Below, piece after piece: positions 49,536-62,449 of a stretch of DNA of 64,000 bases. The translations under genes were made by a program, and so were the position numbers. Position 1 is the stretch's first letter. Every line of letters begins with the position of its first letter. Source of the DNA: Malacoraja senta. Taxonomy: Eukaryota. The stretch lies in contig CM075982.1 in the NCBI GenBank assembly GCA_038087875.1, positions 55,428,001-55,492,000 of the forward strand, given 5' to 3'. Below the pieces are notes generated by a model. The model had not been told where the DNA came from. It made no database searches and saw only the letters and a program-made list of their open reading frames with translations.

Positions 49536-50957
49536 CCAATGTGGTAATGATGGACTCTGGCACAGAAGAGGCCAGAGGGTACCCGAAGGACCTTAATACT
49601 GCAGAAACTAGCAACAACAAACATTTTGTAGTGGTTCTGGGGAAATTAAAATGTGTATGTTTCAGAGATAGTAAGTTCTCTTAGCAATCAGAGAATTAAT
49701 AATAGGATCTATAATGTGTTACTAAACATCAGTGTGCCCCTGTGTTTATTGTTAGGGAGAATTTTTCCATTATGACCTTTTTTTAAATTAAGAAGGGTAT
49801 AAGCTCAACAGCTAAACTGGTATCAGAAAAAAAATTCATTACGTAACTGCCTCAAATGCTTGTTGTTAACTTTAACAGATTCTGACCATAGTTTGCACAT
49901 TAGCAGGAGAATCATTTATCATCGCAACAGCTTCATCATGTGACCAACCTCAGGGGAGAGGTGCATACTTATACATGCTTATTCATGAAAAGATATGCTC
50001 TTGTCATCTCAAGGTCACGGTCTGCTAATAAATTTTCTCTTTGAAGATTTACAATTGAAATAATTAATCAACTAAAAAGTTAAAGATGGGAAATTTGGAT
50101 TGCTGCTATTTCTAGGCACGATGAACAGCTTTCGAGGTGCAAAATGGCTTTTGCTACTTGTGACACAGGCACACCAACAGAGCTATCTTTTACATGATAA
50201 ATTTGCAGTAAATGTGTGCAAATTAAATGTACAGTGTGATTACAATTCATGTTAATTGAGGGTGAGTGGTCAAACTGAAATGTCTGTTCAACCCATCCCA
50301 TCTGATCAGGCAATAAGCAGCTGAAAGTACCTTCCATATTTATGTGTGTTGAACATCATTCTGAAATTTCATTTAGTAGGAAGATCCCTGTACAGACCAA
50401 GTTAAATTCAAGGAATGATGGTGCATTTTCAAGTCATGGTGCACTGTGACAGGATGAGGATCTACACGTTATGGTCTTCACATCAGCCTGCTAACCTTAT
50501 TTTGTAGATGAAAGATGTGGCAGAACTTGGAGCTGTTGATGACAAAGCCTTGGAGAATTGCTACTAGATTTGTTCCACAGCCTCACAGCAATGGTATACA
50601 TTATAGCAAGGTAATGTTCACCATTGTACAGTATAGCCACAGTGCACTGCAGTAGACAGAACATATAGTTTGTTGGATGGGTTGCTGATCGGGTTGGTTC
50701 TTTGCCCTTGATGGTGACAAACAGTGAGTGTTGCGGGAGCTAATCTCCTGATGAGCTTTGTAAGTGGTGAAAAGGATTGAGGTAGTGAACAGCTAAATCA
50801 CATCACAGGATTACCAGCTTTTGGTCTCCTCTGCAGCTGCTCCAGATAAATTTGGAAATGGTAGTAGCCACAAAAATGGTGGCAGCAGAGATTGACAATG
50901 GGTAATGTTTTTCGAAGGACAAGAGGAAGTGGTTTAAATCTATGGATTAAAATGGCT

Positions 50958-51128
50958 GACACAAGGAACTGCTGATGCTGGAAGCTTGTGGAGAACACAA
51001 AGTGCTGGAGTAACTCAGCAGACAGCATCTCTGGAGGACATGAATAGGTGACATTTTGGGTTGGGACCCTTCTTTAGAGATGCTGCCTGACTTGCTGGGA
51101 TACTCCAGCACTCTGTGATTTACTAATG
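50958..51128. mobile_element. Older Penelope-derived foldback element
   Basis: Inverted arms and a 9-bp TSD AAAATGGCT at 50949-50957 and 51129-51137. Confidence 0.75.
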
Positions 51129-52279
51129 AAAATGGCTATTATCTGGCAACTGTACATATTTTGAGCGGCATTAAAAATCTATTGATATTTTAGGAGGGAA
51201 TTTTATGTATAACCTGTACCTTGAAACTGGGAAAACCAATCTCAAACAAATGGACACAATAAAAGTCACTACTCCTAGATCAGTTTTATTGCCCTCAGCT
51301 TTGTTCACAACCCCCAATGTTTATTTTAACTTGGCTAGCTATGATGTGGAATCTAGATACCATGATAAATCTATTCATTGCCTCTCCTAACATGTTCCCT
51401 TCACTTTGTTGGCATAATTTTCCATCATGCTTCCCCAGTGTGTACGCTCTTGGGCTAAACATACTACAAACTACTCTTCTTCCTTATGATGTTCCGAATT
51501 TCCTCCATCAGATATCAAGCAACTCTTTTTGCTCAGCACGCCAGGTGCTATTTCTTGCATTATGAACACATTACCAGTCAAATCATTAGTCAATCCTCTG
51601 TTTACAAACCATGGAAAATGATGAGTTTTACTGTAAGAGGACAATCGTGTTACTTTAACTTATCTTCTCTAATTACATATTGTATGGTACCTAAATGTTA
51701 TACATACACCCTTGCCATCTGAAGGACAACTCAAGTAAAGCCTGCGCGTCAATTATTGATGTAATTAAGCAAGATGTCACTTGTTCTTGCCACTTCATTT
51801 GTCCCACTCGGTGCTGCAGGCAAATACTTACAGCTGACTTTGTCATTTCCACAGCACTGTTGCCTTTCCTTGTCATTATAATTCTCCAGCAGCCAGGGGT
51901 GAAAACTTTCTTGATACAGGTGTTCAGACTGACTGCACAATTACTCACTCCAGAGGCAATCAAGCTGAACAGTTCAAATGTTGTAATGTGTAAGCACTGT
52001 AGGATCAGGCTTCTAACATTGGATATGGCCAGGATCGGGATGGCTGAAATTATGTCAGGACTCACGTTGATTTACTCCATAATAACTCTGTTGCTACCCC
52101 ATAATAAGGGTAAAGAGCAAAAATCTGTCACAGGAGGTCCAGTTACAGAATACTGACTATAAAATCATTGCATCAGGGCTAGGATATTATACAAAACGAA
52201 CAAGGAAACATAGCTGACATCCTACTCCACAATTTCAGGCCCTGAAATTGAACATTTTCTCTATCCAAATGTTTATTTG

Positions 52280-53065
52280 TGATGTGTGTGAGGATGGGAA
52301 GAAGTGATTGGTGGTGGGATCATGTTAAAGGTGGTGGAATGATGGATAACGATGTGATGGATGCAGAGGCTGGTGGGGTGAAATGTATGGACCAGGGAAA
52401 CGTTATCCTTGTTCCACTTGGGGGGAGGGGGAGTGAGAGCAGAACTGCGAGACACAGTGGAGACACAGGTCCATCCATAATAGCAGGGACAAAACCATGT
52501 TTACTGAAGAAAGAGGAAACCTCAGATGTTCTATAGTAGAAAGCTTTACCTTGGGAGCAGATGCAGCAGAGATGGAGAAATTTAGAGTAAGGGATGGCAT
52601 CCTTCCAAGAGGCAGGATGAGAGCGGTTGTAGTCGTTAACTGTGGGAATCAGTGGGTTTATAGTAAACGTCTGTACATAGTCTGTCCCCCATGATGGAGA
52701 CAGATTGAAAAAGGGGAGAGAGGTGTCAGAGATAGTCCAGGTGAATTTGAAGGCAGGGTGGAATCCAGTAGTTTAATTGGTGAAACCAAAGGGTTCTGCA
52801 TGGGTGCAGCCCCGATGCAGTTGTCGATGTTCCAGGGAAAGAATTGGGGAATAATTCCAGCATACATTTGGAAAAAGGAGTGCTCAACATACCCAACAAA
52901 AGGACAGGCATTACTGGAGCCCATGCGAGTGCCCATAGCTGCAGCTATGACTTAAAGGAAGTGAGTTGAGTCAAAGGAGAAGTGTTAAGGTTGAGGACAA
53001 TTTCTGCCAAGTGGAAGAGAGTGTTAGCATAAAGGAATTGATTGGGTCTCAGGTCAGAAAGACCA
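52280..53065 (-). pseudogene. Penelope-like reverse transcriptase remnant
   Basis: AMGTRMG..ACPFVGYVEHS, NIDNCIGA (decayed YIDD), YKPTDSH, CKDAIP, NKDNVSLVHTFHPTSL; many frameshifts. Confidence 0.85.
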
Positions 53066-54529
53066 TAAATTTGCATGTTGCTCCACTTCCTGCTTTGTTC
53101 TTTCAAACTTGATGGTCAAGTAAATTTGGAAGAAAAGAAGCAAATGATACATTCCCTTGTGCCTTCACTTCAAAGCATCAACATTGACCCTGTCCTTCAT
53201 TCATCTGATGTAGGTGTGGAAGGATATGGGCCAAACACGGGCAGGTGAGACTCGTGTGGATGGTCGGCATGGGCATAACTGTTTCTCTCTGCATGTTTGC
53301 TGCCCGTCCCACCGAGTATTTCCATAATTTTAGTTTATCCCCCTAGGTGACTTAACTACTGCTCGGGGCTCTGGAACAGTCTTTACATGCTTGATTGACT
53401 GAAATAACAAATAAATAGTTTAAATATTTTTATGCATTAACATCCTCTTGAGTATTGGAAGCATTAAGTCAAATATAAAAAGCGCTCCTAATCTTGGGTA
53501 TTCTCCCCAAGTTCTAGACTCTCCAGCCAGTATAATCCACCCTGGCAATCTCTACCAGAATCTTGTCCATGTCAGGAAGCTAACCCTTCATCTCTCCAGA
53601 CAGGATGAGCAGGAAAATCTGACTCAGTCGATCCTCATGGGATAACACTCTCTACCCAGAAATCAATGTAGTGAATAATAACACACAGATTGAGGAAAGA
53701 ATATCCTTCCAGAAGTCAATAGCAAAATTGCAGGTTGCTCGTTGTGTTACCATTTTACCATACATGACTCTTTAAGTGCTCGAATGGAAAGATAAAGAAA
53801 TACTGTATAATCTTTTATTTTAATATTACAATAATCAGTTGAACTAGTCATACTGTGTGTGGGTGGCTTGCTATATAAAGGCTGTATTGTTTTTAGCTGG
53901 TATGAACCTGTTCATATTCCATGCTTCGATTTAATCTTAGCCAGCTATGAAGAGCTTTATTTGTGCATGTTTATACGTGTGCCGAGCCCTGTCTCAGACT
54001 GCGAAGAATGTCAATAAGCAAGCTCACACACCTCCTTGCATTTCAACAAGATGTACACAGAAGGTAAATGTGCAAGGAACTTTCTGCTCCTTTTTCTAAC
54101 ATCATAGATTATAGTACAGAATAGAAGGCTGTTCAGCCACCTCACCTGAGCTCTTTCAAAGAGCCAACGTTAGTTCTGTTCCCTTTGATCTTTCTTCATA
54201 TAATTGTGTTTGTTTCTCTTTCAAATGCTTATCCAATAATCTTGCAGATGCGTCCATCACCACATCAAGCAGTTAAATTCTAAATCGTTCTTTGAGTAAA
54301 ATATGACACTGAAATTATAATCCTTGTAGTTTGCAATACAATTGCAATGAGACTGCCTGCACAATGGGTCTCACATCGATCCCATCCAGAATCAAATCAG
54401 GGCTGTTGATGAGCTAAGGGATCAGTATTTTCATAATTGAACTTAGTGATAATAAAGCTAAAGGGCATGTGTGTCAGGAAATATGTAACAATGTTTTTAT
54501 TGGCAAGTTTTCGAGAATGCCTAAGTGTT

Positions 54530-54652
54530 GGGAACAACGCCGCACGGCCCCGGAATTGTGCGTTTGACCGAGTGCGCGGTCTATGGCGGCCCAGGAGCGG
54601 TAGATTCTTCCTGTTTCGCCGCCAATTACCGCAGACTCGTGAGACAGGCCTT
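54530..54652. mobile_element. CpG-rich fragment, probably one end of a Harbinger-type MITE
   Basis: Ends GTGAGACAGGCCT-TTA, similar to the AGTGGGACAGGCCCA-TTA end at 12334-12351. No partner TIR found. Confidence 0.5.
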
Positions 54653-55699
54653 TAACTGTTCACAAGAATTAGTGAAAATATTGACGCTTTGTATTTAGGG
54701 GCTATCCTTCTTTTTGTTGTTATGTTACAAATGTTATAAATCCAGACCAGTGTATATTTATAATGGTGAATTGCCTTAAAATCTGATTGATGTCATACTT
54801 GTGATCTGTTGAAGTAACTTCAATAAAATAATATAGAGAACTGGAACAGTCATATGTCAATCTAATGAAGTTAGGTAGAGACATTGTATTGGACTTGTCC
54901 CCTCCCAGGGTATCTGTTAAAATCAGCAGTTTCCACATCTTACAATGGCTGAAGAAGGATAGTCAGCCTGAAGTAAGATTACAGCAACTCATTCTCTGCT
55001 GTCTGCAGACTTGAATGTTTAGTGGGGACGTTGGTAAATTAAATATTAAATGTCTTAAATAATGCAAGAATATCAGAGGAAGCAGAGAGAACAGGCATGG
55101 AGGAGGGTAATTTAAGTTACTGAAACATATATTTGGAAGATGGAAAAGGACCTTTTTATTCAAGAATTGTGGATAAATTGAAAGATAAAATATCACAAAT
55201 ATCACAATGGAAAAAATAGGGTTCAGCAGGAGTAAATTCAAAGCAAGCAAATGATTTGATCACATTCTGAACCTAAAATATGTATTTTAATTTTATATCC
55301 TTTCTAACTTTAGTTTTAGTTTTTAGTCTTCACTGCACGTTTTCCTTTTGAGTCTTTCATTCTTTCTTTGTTCTGTTTTCCTTCACTGCAATCCCCTACC
55401 CTTCCACTGAGCCAGACTGTGTGCTCTCAAAGCAAGTGAACCTGATAATAGAAAATGACCCCAACACCGAGGGACCAGCTGCTACTGCTGAGAAAAAGAA
55501 GCTCTCTTGAAAAATGATCTGGGCGGCTGTAGATTTAGACTTGAGAGTGATGCGGACGATAGGAAAATTCCAACATTAGATGGAATAGTTACTTTGCAGG
55601 GGAAAATGCTGACGAGAGCCCATGGAAACTGAGGAATAATGATAAATAGGAATGGTGGAGAACTTCTTATTAATAAAACATATTTGGGAGTAAATATGA

Positions 55700-55880
55700 G
55701 AGGAAGTGGTTGAGACATAACAACATTTAAAAGACATCGGGATAGATGTATGGATAGGAGAGATGTAGTGGGATATGGGTCAAATGCAGATGATGGGACT
55801 AGTTTAGCTGGCCATTTAGGTCGGCATGCTCGAGTTGAGTTGAAGAGACTGTTCCCGTGCTGTTTGATACTATGACTCCA
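55700..55880 (+). mobile_element. CR1 3'UTR fragment
   Basis: ITTFKRH.DRCMD...GYG; ends CTGTTCCCGTGCTGT...CTATGACTC. Confidence 0.7.
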
Positions 55881-56289
55881 AAATGATAATTCAATTTCTG
55901 TCTATCAATATTCGTAAAAGTTTTGTATGTAGCCAGTAAAATTGGTTGTCATGAATTATTTTGGTTTTCTGAAACATTACTGTTTTCATAAAATGTAAAA
56001 TCGCAGGGCGAAAAAAAATTATCTTTAAAAGTGGCACCTTCTTGAAGATAGCAAGATAACAATCAGTTAATGATGTTTATGATCATTTTCTTACCAATAA
56101 ACTCAAGCAAATGTAAATTTGTTGCGACGATAATCAGATTTTTAATCCGCCGTCAGTCATTTTGGGGTTTTTCATCGAAGATATTTCACAGTCTGCAGAG
56201 TTGGGGTGGGAGATTGCAACCTTCACGTGGTCCATCGTGTTTCGACAAATGCAATCAAGTTGGCGTGCACAAACAGCGAGCAACACCGG

Positions 56290-56577
56290 AAATTGGAGGA
56301 AATGCACCTCATATTCCGCTTGGGCAGTCTACATCCTGGGGGCTTGAACATTGAATTCTCCCAATTCTGCTAGCCCTTGCTGTCCCCTCCCCTTCATCAG
56401 CCCTCTGGTTGTCTCCTCCCCTCCCCCAGCCCTCGGGCTCCTCCTCCGCCTTTTTTCCTTTCTTCTCCCCACCTCCTATCAGTCTGAAGAAGGGTTTCGG
56501 CCCAAAACGTTGCCTGTTTCCTTCGCTCCATAGATGCTGCTGCACCCGTTGAGTTTCTCCAGCATTTTTGTGTACCA
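56290..56577 (+). mobile_element. Penelope 3' fragment, tail-less, with hammerhead-like core at 56484-56511
   Basis: KLEEMHLIFRLGSLHPGGLNIEF, then CTGAAGA-A-GGGT-TTCG-GCCC-AAAAC-GTT. Confidence 0.85.
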
Positions 56578-56784
56578 TCAAACAGAACAAGTTGTCTTAC
56601 AACTTTAGGCTGTGCATGCCATACACAATAAGAAGAAGGTCATAAGAGTAACTGTAAAGGAAAGGACCAGTATTAGATGGACTGTAAAGGGCCAGTATTA
56701 GCTGGACTGCAAATTAAAACCAGTTTTAGAAACACAACAACAGATGGCCAATGTTTTTTTTTTACAAATAATACAGATTACAGA

Positions 56785-57365
56785 CTATTTTATTGACATG
56801 CACCAGGGTGCAATGAAATAACTTTTTTGCACGAAGCTCTGAGGAAACAACATACATATAGTAATGATAAATACTATAATAAATACAACATTGAATTCAA
56901 AACAGCATGATAGTGCAAAATTTTAGTGCCACAACCAAACCGTGCAAAACCAAAACAATGGAATAACAAATGAGGTAGAGTTAAGAATAAGAGAATGTGG
57001 CAGCACTTCCAGGAATAAGATGTGAAAGAGGTGATTGTTTCAGCAGTCAGATAGCAGTGGGGAAGAAGCTGTTCTTAAGTCTGGATGTTTGACCTTTCAA
57101 GCTCTCCGGCACCTTCTCCCAGAATGTAGAAGAGGAAAAAAGGAATGGCCAAGGTGGCAGGCACAATACTGCCAGCCTTCTTGATGCAACAAGATGAAGA
57201 TGATCTAGATGGAAGGAAATGATGACCATGTGATGAACTGGACTGCGTTCACCACACTCTCTGAGCAGGGCTGAGACGTAACCCATCAGAATACTTTCTA
57301 TAGTGCTTCTGTAGAAGTTCGAGAGAATCTCATGGATGTGCTGAATCACCTCAGATGCCTGAAAA
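56785..57365 (-). mobile_element. Rex1/Babar LINE 3' fragment
   Basis: LSNFYRSTIESIL.G...TSRLKNSFFPTAI; the 3'UTR ends TGTCAATAAAA. Confidence 0.75.
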
Positions 57366-57519
57366 TGTTAATATACTGATGTGATATTTGATTTTGAGTA
57401 AACTTCAACATCTGAAGCCGGAGTACATGGCAATTCTCAATTATCTCTGGAGTGCTTCACTTTTAATCATTCTATGTGCATTTTTTTGGTTTTAATCCAC
57501 TGCTTTCTGATTTTTGATG

Positions 57520-57725
57520 TTTTACTTTACTTTCGACTTTACTTCAGAGATACAGCATAGCAACAGGCCCTTCGGCTCACCGGGTCCAAACCGACCAACA
57601 ATCCCCCCCCCCGTACACTAGCACTATCCTACACACAAGGGACATTTTACAATTTTTTTTTACCAAAGTCAATTAGCCTACAAACCTGTACATCTTTGGA
57701 GTGTGAGAGGAATCCAGAGCAACCA
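57520..57725 (-). mobile_element. HE1-type SINE, partial
   Basis: (TTTAC)n tail and AGATACAGCAT..AACAGGCCCTTCGG. Confidence 0.8.
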
Positions 57726-57884
57726 GAGGGAAGAATGCTGCAGCAGGGAGACTCTTTGCACCGTCGTGGAGTCCATGCCGTAGAACCCGGGTCTGTCTCT
57801 GTCAAGGACTGTGTGGTGGTTGCCTGTGCACCAGTCACCCTATGTTGAAAGATGTCACACACAGGTGTCCACCTGGAGGGTCAG

Positions 57885-57995
57885 ACCACCTGCACCTCCC
57901 TCTGCAATAAAGTCTGTGGCTACAGGAAGGACCTCTTCAGCTATCTTAGGACCCACCAGGAGGACAACCAATATCAACTTTGAGTGAAGATGATG
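57885..57995 (+). mobile_element. RTE-type LINE C-terminal fragment
   Basis: TTCTSLCNKVCGYRKDLFSYLRTH resembles the RTE terminal C..C.R.C.SRIGL.SH.RTH motif. Confidence 0.5.
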
Positions 57996-58002
57996 ACACT
58001 TC

Positions 58003-58300
58003 AGTTTAACTATGTTAGGGAGACAGTGCGGAAACAGGCCCATCGGCCCACCAGGTCTACGCCATCCAGCGATCATCCCATACACTAGCATTATACTAAG
58101 GGATAATTTACAATATTACCAAAGCCAGTTAACCTACAAACCTGTACATCTTTGGCCTGTGGGAGGAAAATGGAGCACCCAGGGAAAACCCAAGCGGTCA
58201 CAGGGAGAACATGCAAATGATGTACAGACAGCACCCTTAGTCAGGATCGAACTTGGGTCCGTGGTGCTGGAAGGCAGTAACTCTGCTGCTTCGCCACCAT
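58003..58300 (-). mobile_element. HE1-type V-SINE
   Basis: Same core as the other copies, with antisense B box GGATCGAAC. Confidence 0.85.
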
Positions 58301-59294
58301 AAAATCCGTGGGAATGCAAACTACTTTAAAGGCTACAAAATGGGAGATGCAAAAGAATAATGGAAAAACGGCTAAAACTGTGACGCCTTGTGGCTTTAAC
58401 GACAGACTGTGCAATCACAGTTGTACATTGCAACCAACTCAATCAGTGGATATCAGCTTTAAAAAATAGTGTTTTTGACAGTGAGAGTGACAGGAAACAT
58501 TATTGACGAAAGGCATGAAGACATTATCAGATTTATCTGATCAGACCAGGGAGAAAGATGTTTTTCACATTACTTTATTAAAGATCAGCATTGGGATTCA
58601 GCTTTTTTATAGTTGAGAAAAACAATCTGATGCTTATGAGAGAGATGATTGTAGACTGGAGCATGAAAGCCTCACAGGAGAGAGGTGAGTGCTGGCCAGG
58701 GCAATATATATTCAGGGGTCTCAATCATGATAACAACATTAGCATGCACATTTTCTACTCAGCACTGAGAGGAGCACTATGACTATTTATCTGTTTGATG
58801 CAGTAAAGCAGCACTTTAATGTTAATGTACATATGTGTTGACATATAAACTGCTCTTAAATATATTGCTATCAGGTTAAATCAGTAACTCATACTTAAAA
58901 TCCTGTCAAGCATCCTACAATCCTTTACTAATCATCATTTTAAATGACTTTTTTACTCGTAATTTTAACAGTGTCTCGCTATATAGAAATGTTATCATTA
59001 AAAATGTCATCAGAGATTTGTTGGTGCTTCAAAGTGATATGAGTGTACCAGCCACCTATCCTACTGTAGCTGGTAACCATATTGGCACACAAGTCAAAAA
59101 GGACCACCTCCATTTTGTATGTTCATGACCCAACTTTTTATTCTTCCAAGCAAGTAAGCTTTACTTTGATAACTTAAATGTCGTACTAATAACTTTATAT
59201 GTTTTAAATTTCGCCAGTTAATCTGTTCCTTCCAGCTTCATCCAGACCCCCCCCCCCCCCTGCCCCCTGCCCCCCTCATGTTCTTTGAGGCCAT

Positions 59295-59478
59295 GTCATA
59301 GAACAATGAACATAGAACATAGAATATAGAACAGTTCAGCTCAAGAATAGGCTCCTTCGGCCCACAATGTCTGTGTTGAACATGATGCCCAGAGCAACTC
59401 TTAAATGCCTGCACATAATCAACATCCCTCCATTTCCAGCAAATCCATAAAGCTCTACAAACATCTCTAAAATGCCAG
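59295..59478 (-). mobile_element. CR1 3'UTR fragment
   Basis: (CATAGAA)n tail, then CCTTCGGCCCACAATGTCTGTG. Confidence 0.75.
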
Positions 59479-60830
59479 GAAAGGCTAAAGCAGGCATGAT
59501 TCGATTTTAAAAAAGATGGAATGATATGAGGCCATTCAGTCCATCAAGCTCACTCATCTACGGGGCATATAGTTACTACTAGATTCTCATCTCTTTCAAG
59601 ATCTTATCCTGAACAGAACCCAATGTTTTATACCCACAATCCCACAGGACATTGAGTGGCTGATTTGAGACTCTATCAACTCTGCCATTCCCCCCCCTCC
59701 CCCGATAACTGTCTCCACCCTCTAATCATGTTTTTGCAATTGATTATGTGTCTTTCTAATCAACATTTTCTTATCCTTTCCTGGAACCAACTCTGCTCTG
59801 CCATTAACCTTATATTAAAGTCATTCACAGCCTTCTCAAGCTCCTTAGCTACAACATGTTTATGTGCAATTGTGGTGAGGTTGGTGATCTTTTCCTTCAC
59901 TACCCCAAGTTTTGACTCTATTGTGCATGTACAACATTTATTAAATCATAGTACAGGTTATTCGTTTATCTCCAGGGTTTCACTATCTAAACATGGCCAG
60001 TTTCAATTCAATCACTGAGAACGATAAATGTAAGACGGCAGAACCATTACAGAAAGCCTAACGTTTGCTTTACCACAGTTGAACAAATCTGCACTAAAAT
60101 GGAGCAGATAGCTATAAATAATTAAATACATTTGTCAGAGGCCAAATGTTTCATCCTCCTCAAATATAGCCTGGAGTATCCCTTTAAACATTTGTGCTCG
60201 TGTTTTTTAAACTTCATACATAGTTTTACAATTCCAGCAGACAAGGTGGATAATCTGGTAATGGAATTTCCAATATCTTTTATTCTGCCTAGCAGTGAAA
60301 TGAAATAAATAAATAATGCCTTGTAATTACATTAAGTAAAGCCAATGTGTGAGGTGCTCAGTCATGCCTGTCAATTGGTGACTTGGAGAAGGTTATTACT
60401 ACTATTTATCTTCCAACAAAATGTGTTCCTAAGACAGAGGAACATTTTTCTTCTACACCATCGAGTCCACATTAAAGCACTGTTCCTGTGTCTAAATTTA
60501 AAGCTGTGCTGTTCCATAAATGTTCTGCACTTGTAGAATTAAAAGTTTGTTCATATATTCTCAGCAGAATGCCTCATCATCCGATCATTGTTCCAGGACC
60601 TCCAGTGATTGGAAAGTGATAAAATTAACTTCAAATATATCATTTTCTCATTACACCATTTGTGTTGTTTTTTATAGTCAGCAGATTGTTGCCAGAACAC
60701 TGTTATAAAACCAATCTTAGCTTATAAGAGGCAGAAGCCATCTTCATCATGGCTCTAATTTCCCAAGTCTTGTGCTATATCTGCACTGGTTAGTCATGTT
60801 GATGCAATTATTGTTATTTATAAATAGTCA

Positions 60831-61941
60831 CTAGACTGTGGGACCCGTCGGGTCCCTGTCACACGGGAGGCCTGGTCCCGCAACGCGATATTAACCACTC
60901 ACCAGTTCCCCCAACGCAATATTCCACCACTCACCCATTCCCCAACGCAATATTCCACCACTCATCTGCGCAAGCACGGTTCATTTTCAGTCATTTCCCC
61001 TCATCCCCCAGCACTCCCTCCCCCTCCTCTTCATCCTCGCTCTACTTCCCCTCTCCTCCCCTCACCCAATCCCTCCCTCACCTCTCCCTCCCTCTCCTTT
61101 CCCCTACCCTCAATCACTCCCTCCCTCCCACCATAACTCCTCTCCCCTCCCTAACCCCCTCCTATCCCTCTATCCTCCCCACCTCCCCCACACCTCCCCT
61201 CCCCCTATACCCCCACTATCCCTCCTCACATCCCCCATTGCCCTCCTATCCCTCTATTCCCCACTCACTACCTCCCCCACTCCTATCCCTCTGTTCCCCC
61301 TCCTGCCCCACTCTCCCTCCTCACCTCCCCCACTTTCCCCCTCTCCCTCCCTACCCCATCCCCTCTCTCAATCCCCCCACTCTCCTCACCTCCCCCCTCC
61401 TCTCCCTCTATTCCGCCTTCTCCCCCACTCTCCCTCCTCACCTCTCCCACTTTCCCCCTCTTCCTCCCAACCCTCTCCTCTCCCTCAATCCCCCCACTCT
61501 CCCTCCTCACCTCCCCAGGATCTTGAGGTTGCCTCTCCTTTCTCCCAGAGCAGCGGTGGCTGCGGCTGCGGCTGTGGCCCGCGGCGGTTGTGGCCGTCTC
61601 CTCCGGCCGCTTCCGGCCGACTGGCTGTGTGGCTGTGCAGCCGTGCAACACTGGGTGAGGCGGGCGCCACTGATGAATGACAGGAGAGGAGACCAATCTG
61701 CGTAGCGGCCTACTGACAGAAGAGGAGAACAATCTGCACATGCGCTGTTTTTACAATTTTTAAACCTTAATAACTTTTACAATATGCCATCGATCAGAAC
61801 AAATCTTGTTGCACTTGAGCACAAGAGAATGGTGAGTAAGGTGGCAAAAAAAACGTAGTGCTATCGTGTACCATTTTTGTGCAAATAGAAAAACCATGCA
61901 AACCAGAAGAGCACATGATCATAGTGTTAGTCATGTATAGA
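60831..61941 (-). mobile_element. Non-autonomous Helitron (1111 bp)
   Basis: On the minus strand it begins A|TCTATAC and ends CTAG|T, with hairpin GGGACCC-GAC-GGGTCCC (60840-60856) 5 nt before CTAG. No TSD. Confidence 0.85.
60881..61515 (+). repeat. Helitron-internal tandem repeats: about 30-bp unit x3 and a C/T-rich minisatellite
   Basis: CAACGCAATATTCCACCACTCA three times (60881-60964); CCCACTCTCCCTCCTCACCTC-type units at 61000-61515. Confidence 0.85.
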
Positions 61942-62449
61942 TTTGGGGAAAAGCCGCCGTTAGACATTGTGGCATTCACAATCATTCACTCTCATCACTC
62001 TCATTTTTTATTTGACCACACTTTTAGCTTTTTTTAGAAATCATCTCAGAGGGGTACGAAAATGTTCTCACGTCTCAAAGAGATTTCCAGTTACATTATT
62101 TTTTCAAGTTTGCTGAATGATTTTAATTTGAGTTGTACCTTATCCTAAGACGTGCTCTTTATGCAATAATTGGGTTCAATTATCCTTCTTACAGAAGTTG
62201 ATGCGATTCATTTGTTGATTCGCATTCATCTTCCAGCTATTAGATTGGATTTTATTTCTAATTAACACCCAAGTTCTAATGGTTTAGAAACATGTAAAAG
62301 TTGACCATCTGATGTGTGCCTCGAATGAAACATTTGCCTTTCTCTTTTCTACCTACTTGGCATCTCCCATTGAGATTTAAATGGGTATGGGCAGCGTCAC
62401 TATGCCTTCCCACTGAAATACTGATGTCGGATAGAGAGAGAATGAGAGA

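Noticed and set aside
51691-52156. Overlapping 124-aa and 153-aa ORFs
   Set aside because: No domain features or coding-like composition; treated as non-coding.
55415-55510. Possible terminal exon after a polypyrimidine tract
   Set aside because: Short frame with no recognisable homology and no supporting upstream exons.
60881-60964. CRISPR-like repeat array
   Set aside because: Only three units with similar 8-9 bp linkers instead of unique spacers, in a eukaryotic context with no cas genes.
61238-61741. Pro/Leu-rich and Gly/Glu-rich ORFs
   Set aside because: By-products of the low-complexity minisatellite in the Helitron.
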